NCBI RefSeq assembly: GCF_009914755.1
Contig: NC_060933.1
Strand: one strand, 5' to 3'
Length of the DNA: 64,000 nucleotides
DNA from: the human T2T-CHM13v2.0 reference genome, Homo sapiens
In this document: in pieces, positions 56,708 to 64,000 of the stretch
Layout of the letters: each line of letters starts with the position of its first letter
Position numbering within the stretch: position 1 is the first letter of the stretch
Notes under the pieces: model-generated
Told to the model about the DNA's origin: nothing
The model's database searches: none
What the model saw: the letters and a program-made list of their open reading frames with translations, nothing else
Program-made: the position numbers and the translations under genes

Positions 56708-59700
56708 ATTCCATTCCATTCCATTCCATTCCATTCCGTTCCATTCCATTCCATTACATTCGTATTGATTGTATTCAATTCCCTTACACTCCATTACATT
56801 CCATTCCATTCGGGTTGTTTCCATTCCATTCCATTCCATTCCACTCCATTCCATTGCAGTCGGGTTGATTCCATTCCATTCCATTCCATTCCCTTCCATT
56901 CCATTTCGTTCCATTCCATTCTATTCCATACCATTCCATTCCATTCCATTCCATTCCATTCCATTCCATTCCATGCCATTCCACTCGGGTTGATTCCTTT
57001 CCATTCCATTCCATTCGGGTTGAAACCATTCCATTCCATTCAATTCCATTCCATTTCGGATGATTGCATTCCATTGCCTTCCATTCAATTGCATTCCCCT
57101 GCACCCGGGTTGATTCCATTCAATTCCATTCCATTCCATTCCGTTCCATTCCATTCCATACCATTCCATTCCATTCCATTCCATTCCATTCTATTTGGGT
57201 TAATTCCATTCCATTCCATTCCATTCCATTCAGTTTCATTGCAATCGGGTTGATTCCATTCCGTTCCATTCCATTGCATTCCATTCCATTCCATTCCATT
57301 CCATTCCATTCCATTCCATTCAACTCGGGTTGATTCCATTCCTTTCCATTCCATTCGGGGTGAAGCCTTTCCATTCCATTCCTTTCCTTTCGATTCCATT
57401 CCATTGCACTCGGGTTGATCCCATTCCTTTGCATTCCATTCCATTCCATTCCATTCCATTCCATTCCGTTCCATTCAATTCCATTACATTCGGATTGATT
57501 CTATTCAATTCCCTTACAATCCATCACATTCCTTTCCATTCGGGTTGTTTCCATTCCTTTCCATTCCATTCAATTCCATTCCATTCCATTCCATTCCGTA
57601 TGATTCCATTCCATTGCATTCTATTCCATTCCATTCCCCTGCACTCGGGTGGATTCCATTCTATTCCATTCCATTCCATTCCATTCCATTCCATTCCATT
57701 CCATTCCATTGAAATCGAGTTGATTCCATTCCATTCCATTCCATTCAATTCCATTCCATTCCATTCTATTCGGGTTAATTCCATTCCATTCCATTCCATT
57801 CCCTTCCATTCCATTCCATTCTATTCCATTCCATTCCATTCTATTAGGGTTAATTCCATTCCATTCCATTCCATTCCATTCCATTCCATTCCATTCCATT
57901 CCTTTGCAATCGAGTTTATTCCATTCCATTCCATTCCATTCCATTCCATTCAATTCCATTGAACTCGGGTTGATTCCATTCCATTCCATGCCATTCCATT
58001 TCATTCCAATCCATTGCCTTCCATTCCATTCCATTCCTCTGCACTCGGGTTGATTCCATTCCTTTCCATTCCATTCGATTCCATTCCATGCCATTCCACT
58101 CGGGTTGATTCCATTTCTTTCCATTCCATTCGAGTTGAATCCATTCCATTCGATTCCATTCCATTCGATTCCATTCCATTGCTCACGGGTTCATTCCATT
58201 CCATTCCATTCCATTCCATTCTATTCCATTTCATTCCATTTCGTTCCATTCCATTCTCTTCCGTACCATTCCATTCCATTCCATTGCACTCCATTCCATG
58301 CCATTCCACTCGGGTTTATTCCATTCCTTTCCATTCCATTCGGGTTGAATTCATTCCATTCCATTCCATTCCATTCTATTCCATTGCACTCGGGTTGATT
58401 CCATTCCATTCCATTCCATTCCACTCCATTCCATTGCACTCGGGTTGATTCCATTCCTTTCCATTCCATTCCAGTTGAACCCATTCCATTCCATTCCATT
58501 CCATTCCATTCCATTCCATTCCATTTCGTTCCATTCCATTCTATTCCTTACCATTCCATTCCATTCCATTCCCTTCCATGCCATTTCACTCGGGTTTATT
58601 CCATTCCTTTCCATTCCATTCGGGTTGAATCCATTCCATTCCATTCCATTCCATTCCATTCCATTCCATTCCATTCCATTGAACTCGGGTTGATTCCATT
58701 CCATTCCATGCCATTCCATTTCATTCCATTCCATTCCATTCCGTTCCATTCCATTCCATTCCTTTCCATTCAATTCCATTACATTCGGATTGATTCTTTT
58801 TAATTCCCTTACACTCCATTACATTCCATTCCATTCGGGTAGTTTCCATTCCATTCCATTCCATTCCTCTGTATTCTATTGCACTCGGGTTGATTGATTC
58901 CATTCCATTGCATTCCATTCCATTCAGGATGATTCCATTCCATTGCATTCCATTCCATTCCATTCCCCTGCACTCGTGTTGATTCCATTCCTTTCCATTC
59001 CATTCCATTCCGTTCCATTCCATTCCATTACATTCGTACTGATTGTACTCAATTCCCTTACACTCCATTACATTCCATTCCATTCGGGTTGTTTCCATTC
59101 CATTACATTCCATTCTACTCCATTCCATTGCACTCAGGTTGATTCCATTCCATTCCATTCCATTCCATTCCATTTCGTTCCATTCCATTCTATTCCGTAC
59201 CATTCCATTCCATTCCATTCCATTCCATGCCATTCCACTCAGGTTTATTACATTCCTTTCCATTCCATTCGGGTTGAATCCATTCCATTCCATTCCATTC
59301 CATTCCATTCCATTCCATTCCTTTGCACTCGGGTTGATTCCATTCCATTCCCTGCCATTCCATTTCATTCCATTCCATTCCATTCCATTCCATTCCATTC
59401 CATTCCATTCCGTTCCATTCCATTCCATTACATTCGGATTGATTGTATTCAATTCCCTTACACTCCATTACATTCCATTCCATTCGGGTTGTTTCCGTTC
59501 CATTACATTCCATTCCACTCCATTCCATTGCACTCAGGTTGATTCCATTCCATTCCATTCCATTCCATTCCATTCCATTCCATTCCATTTCGTTCCATTC
59601 CATTCTATTCCGTACCATTCCATTCCATTCCATTCCATTCCATTCCATGCCATTCCACTCGGGTTGATTCCATTCCTTTCCATTCCATTCGGGTTGAATC

Positions 59701-60165
59701 CATTCCATTCCATTCCATTGCATTCCGTTCCATTCCATTCCCCTGCAATCGGGTGGATTCCATTCTATTCCATTCCATGCCATTCATTCCATTCCATTCC
59801 ATTCCATTTCGTTCCATTCCATTCTATTCCCTACCTTTCCATTCCATTCCATTCCATTCCATTCCATTCCATGCCATGCCATTCCACTCGAGTTGATTCC
59901 ATTCCTTTCCATTCCATTCTAGTTGAATCCATTCCATTGCATTCCATTCCATTCGATTCCATTCAATTGCACACGGGTTCATTCCATTCCATTCCATTCC
60001 ATTCCATTCCATTCCATTCCATTCCATTTCGTTCCATTCCATTCCATTCCATTCCATTCCCTTCCATTCCATTCCATTCCACTCCATTCCATGCCATTCC
60101 ACTCGGGTTTATTCCATTCCTTTCCATTCCATTCGGGTTGAATCCATTCTATTCGGGTTGAATCC
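56708..60165 (+). repeat. Tandem duplication of about 3.8-3.9 kb, copy 2 (ends just before the inversion)
   Basis: Same markers at offsets of 3893 falling to 3813-3823. Diverges from copy 1 after the CGGGTTGAATCCATTCTATTCGGGTTGAAT doublet at about 60134-60163. Confidence 0.85.
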
Positions 60166-60341
60166 AATCCATTCCATTCCATTCCATTCCATTCCATTCC
60201 ATTCCATTCCATTGCACTAGGTTTGATTCCATTCTGCTGCATTCCATTCCATTCCATTCCGTTCCATTCCATTCCTTTACATTCGGATTGATTGTATTCA
60301 ATTCCCTTACACTCCATTACATTCCATTCCATTCGGGTTGT

Positions 60342-60383
60342 TTCCATTCCATTCCATTCCGTGTGCAATGGAATGGAATGGAA
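60342..60383. other. Inversion breakpoint / palindrome centre
   Basis: TTCCATTCCATTCCATT (60342-60358), CCGTGTGC loop (60359-60366), AATGGAATGGAATGGAA (60367-60383): perfect 17-bp arms with an 8-nt spacer. Confidence 0.93.
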
Positions 60384-63300
60384 TGGAATGGAATGGAATG
60401 GAATGGGTTCAACTAGAATGGAATGGAAAGGAATGGAATCAACCCGAGTGGAATGGCATGGAATGGAATGGAATGGAATGGAATGGAAAGCAATGGAATG
60501 AAATGGAATGGAAGGGAATGGATTGAAATGGAATGGAATGGAATGGAATCAACCCGAGTGCAATGTAATGGAATTGAATGGAATGGAATGGAATGCAATG
60601 GAATGAATTCAACCCGAATGGAATGGAAAGGAATGGAATAAACCCGAGTGGAATGGCATGGAATGGAGTGGAATGGAATGGAATGGAATACTACGGAAGA
60701 GAATGGAATGGAACGAAATGGAATGGAATGGAATGGAATGGAATGGAATGGAATGAACAAGTGAGCAATTGAATGGAATCGAATGGAATAGAATGGAATG
60801 GAATGGATTCAACTCGAATGGAATGGAAAGGAATGGAATCAACCCGAGTGGAATGGCATGGAATGGAATGGAATGGAATGGAACGGAATGGAATGGAATC
60901 AACTCGATTGCAAAGGAATGTAATGGAATGGAATGGAACGGAATTAACGCAAATAGAATGGAATGGAAAGGAATGGAACGGAATGGAATGGAAAGAAATG
61001 GAATGGAATCAATCTGAGTGCAGGGGAATGCAATGGAATGGAATGCAATGGAATGGAATGGAATGGAATGCAATGGAATCACCTCGATTGCAATGGGATG
61101 GAATGGAATGGAATGGAATGGAAGGGAATGGAATGGAATGGAATTAACCTGAACAGAATGGAATGGAATGGTATGGAATGGAATGGAATGGAATGGAATG
61201 GAATGCAATGGAATGGAATCAATCAACCCGAGTGCAATAGAATGCAGTGGAATGGAATGGAATGGAATGGAATGGAATGGAATGGAATGGAATGAAATGG
61301 AATGGCAGGGAATGGAATGGAATCAACCCGAGTGCAAAGGAATGGAATGGAATGGAATGGAATGGAATGGATTCAACCCGAATGGAATGGAAAGGAATGG
61401 AATAAACCTGAGTGGAATCGCATGGAATGGAATGGAATGGAATGGAATGGAATGGTACGGAATAGAATGGAATGGAAAGTAATGGAATGGAATGGAATGG
61501 AATGGAATGGAATCAACCTGAGTGCAATGGAATGGAGTGGAATGGAATGTAATGGAATGGAAACAACCCGAATGTAATGGAATGTAATGGAGTGTAAGGG
61601 AATTGAATACAATCAATCCGAATGTAATGGAATGGAATGGAACGGAATGGAATGGAATGGAATGCAGTGGAATGGAATCAAACCTAGTGCAATGGAATGG
61701 AATGGAATGGAATGGAATGAAATGGAATGGAATGGAATGGAATGGAATGGAATGGATTGGATTCAACCCAAATGGAATGGAAAGCAATGGAATCAACCCG
61801 AGTGGAATGGCATGGAATGGAATGGAATGGAATGGAATGGAATGGAATGGTACAGAATAGAATGGAATGGAATGAAATGGAATGGAATGGAATGGAATGG
61901 AATGGAATGGAACGGAATGGAATGGAATCAACTCGATTGCAATGGAATGTAATGGAATGGAATGGAATGGAATTAACGCGAATAGAATGGAATGGAATGT
62001 AATGGAACGGAATGGAATGGAATGGGATGGAATGGAATCAATCTGAGTGCAGGGGAATGGAATGGAATGGAATGCAATGGAATGGAATGGAATGGAATGG
62101 AATGCAATGGAATCAACTAGATTGCAATGGGATGGAATGGAATGGAATGGAATGGAAGGGAATGGAATGGAATGGAATTAACCTGAACAGAATGGAATGG
62201 AATGGAATGGAACGGAATGGAAGGGAATGGAATGGAATGGAATTAAGCTGAAGAGAATGGAATGGAATGGAATGGAACGGAATGGAATGGAATGGAATGG
62301 AATGGAATGCAATGGAATGGGATCAACCCGAGTGCAGGGGAATGGAATGGAATGGAATGCAATGGAATGGAATCAATCAACCCGAGTGCAATAGAATGCA
62401 GTGGAATGGAATGGAATGGAATGGAAAGTACCCGAATGGAAAGGAATGTAATGGAGTGTAAGGGAATTAAAAAGAATCAATCCGAATGTAATGGAATGGA
62501 AGGGAACGGAATGGAATGGAATGGAATGGAATGGAATGGAATGGAATGGAATGAAATGGAATGGCATGGAATGGAATGGAATCAACCTGAGTTCAATGGA
62601 ATGGAATGGAATGGAATGGAATGGATTCAACCCGAATGGAATGGAAAGGAATGGAATAAACCCGAGTGAAATGGCATGGAAGGGAATGGAATGGAATGGA
62701 ATGGTAAGGAATAGAATGGAATGGAACGAAATGGAATGGAATGGAATGGAATGGAATGGAATGGAATGGAATGGAATGAACCCGTGTGCAATGGAATGGA
62801 ATGGAATGGAATGGAATGGAATGGAATGGAATGGGTTCAACTAGAATGGAATGGAAAGGAATGGAATCAACCCGAGTGGAATGGCATGGAATGGAATGGA
62901 AAGGAATGGAATGGAATGGAATGGAATGGAATGGAATGGAATGAAATGGAATGGAAGGGAATGGATTGAAATGGAATGGAATGGAATGGAATCAACCCGA
63001 GTGCAATGTAATGGAATTGAATGGAATGGAATGGAATGGAATGGAATGAATTCAACCCGAATGGAATGGAAAGGAATGGAATAAACCCGAGTGGAATGGC
63101 ATGGAATGGATTGGAATGGAATGGAATGGAATACTACGGAAGAGAATGGAATGGAACGAAATGGAATGGAATGGAATGGAATGGAATGGAATGAACACGT
63201 GAGCAATGGAATGGAATCGAATGGAATGGAATGGAATGGAATGGATTCAACTCGAATGGAATGGAAAGGAATGGAATCAACCCGAGTGGAATGGCATGGA

Positions 63301-63710
63301 ATGGAATGGAATGCAATGGAATGGAATGGAATGGAATGGAATCAACTCGATTGCAAAGGAATGTAATGGAATGGAATGGAACGGAATTAACGCAAATAGA
63401 ATGGAATGGAAAGGAATGGAAAGGAATGGAATGGAAAGGAATGGAATGGAATCAATCTGAGTGCAGGGGAATGGAATGGAATGGAGTGCAATGGAATGGA
63501 AAGGAATGGAATGCAATGGAATCACCTCGATTGCAATGGGATGGAATGGAATGGAATGGAATGGAAGGGAATGGAATGGAATGGAATTAACCTGAACAGA
63601 ATGGAATGGAATGGTATGGAATGGAATGGAATGGAATGGAATGGAATGCAATGGAATGGAATCAATCAACGCGAGTGCAATAGAATGCAGTGGAATGGAA
63701 TGGAATGGAA
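60361..63710 (-). repeat. Duplication at about 2.43 kb offset inside the inverted block (60361-61260 vs 62784-63710)
   Basis: GTGTGCAATG 60361/62784, AACTAG 60411/62839, CTACGGAAGAG 60691/63134. Confidence 0.82.
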
Positions 63711-64000
63711 TGGAAAGTACCCGAATGGAATGGAATGGAATGGAGTGTAAGGGAATTAAAAAGACTCAATCCGAATGTAATGGAATGGAATTGAAAGGAA
63801 AGGAATGGAATGGAATGGAATGGAATGGAATGGAATGAAATGGAATGCCATAGAATGGAATGGAATCAACCCGAGCGCAATGGAATGGAATGGAATGGAA
63901 TGGATTCAACCCGAATGGAATGGAAAGGAATGGAATAAACCCGAGTGAAATGGCATGGAAGGGAATGGAATGGAATGGAATGGTACGGAGTAGAATGGAA
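60361..64000 (-). repeat. Inverted HSat3 block, G-rich (GGAAT)n strand on +
   Basis: From 60361 the + strand reads (GGAAT)n with CAACCCGAGT words, the reverse complement of the left array. Runs to the window end. Confidence 0.97.

Larger units (their letters stand above)
1..60360 (+). repeat. Satellite III (HSat3)-type array, C-rich (CATTC)n strand on +
   Basis: Continuous (ATTCC)n with recurrent interspersed (A)CTCGGGTTG, ATCGAGTTG and TTCGGGTTAA words. CATTCCATTC dominates and CATTCGATTC (the HSat2 hallmark) is only sporadic. Confidence 0.96.
1..64000. promoter_or_regulatory. Tandem TEAD/MCAT motif matches (CATTCC) forming the backbone
   Basis: The repeat backbone contains CATTCCA every 5 bp, which equals the established TEAD MCAT consensus. 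Occupancy cannot be seen from sequence. Confidence 0.5.
52301..64000. repeat. HSat3 sequence domain 2 (spans the inversion)
   Basis: Rich in CCATGCCATTCCACTCGGG, CGGGTTGAATCC, GATTGTATTCAATT, GCACACGGG/GCTCACGGG and GTTGATTGATT. Domain-1 words above are absent and register shifts are rare. Confidence 0.75.

Noticed and set aside
59043-60161. Longest ORF (372 aa) next to the inversion
   Set aside because: Same pentamer translation; its length reflects chance absence of an in-frame TGA/TAA from the words.
1310-60330. CRISPR-like pattern of a conserved word of about 45 bp with spacers
   Set aside because: The spacers are themselves satellite, not unique or of uniform length, and there are no cas genes.
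60292-60526. ORFs crossing the junction (IPFHS then MEWNG chimeras)
   Set aside because: Only a by-product of the strand switch; no evidence of expression.
1-64000. Hundreds of ORFs (MEWNG.. / IPFHS.. repeats, up to 372 aa)
   Set aside because: (CATTC)n has no stop codon in any frame and supplies ATG every 15 nt per frame on the G-rich strand. The ORFs overlap in all frames and carry no domain signal.
1-64000. HSat2, alpha satellite (CENP-B box), telomeric repeat or a single fixed-period unit such as DYZ1
   Set aside because: CATTCGATTC is sporadic; there is no alphoid monomer or TTAGGG array; no single period spans the window.
60361-64000. Canonical G-quadruplex motifs on the G-rich strand
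   Set aside because: G-runs are mostly GG; GGG/GGGG tracts are isolated rather than four clustered tracts.
1-64000. Assignment to a specific chromosome or subfamily (e.g. 9q12)
   Set aside because: Plausible given the HSE content and the inversion, but it needs a k-mer or BLAST comparison that I cannot run.

Overview
The whole 64 kb is pentameric (CATTC/GGAAT)n satellite DNA of the human/great-ape Satellite III (HSat3) type, with the classic ACTCGGGTTG-type interspersions. I see no gene, RNA gene, transposon or CRISPR array; every listed ORF is an artefact of translating the pentamer. The array is highly structured. (1) It is built from a small vocabulary of substitution 'words' in a near-continuous 5-bp register. 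(2) Two sequence domains meet at about 52.3 kb. (3) There are nested duplications from 20 bp to about 11.7 kb. (4) A sharp strand inversion at 60360/60361 has a 2-bp microhomology and forms a palindrome centre; the inverted block derives from the adjacent domain. (5) One recurrent word, ATTCC-GGAAG-ATTCC, is a perfect three-unit heat-shock element; I counted 31 copies by eye, all in the left domain, in a backbone of tandem TEAD (MCAT) motifs. The most interesting reading is that this is a domain-patterned transcription-factor platform with a fold-back junction; the function is inference. Counts and offsets were read by eye; chromosome and subfamily need a database search.
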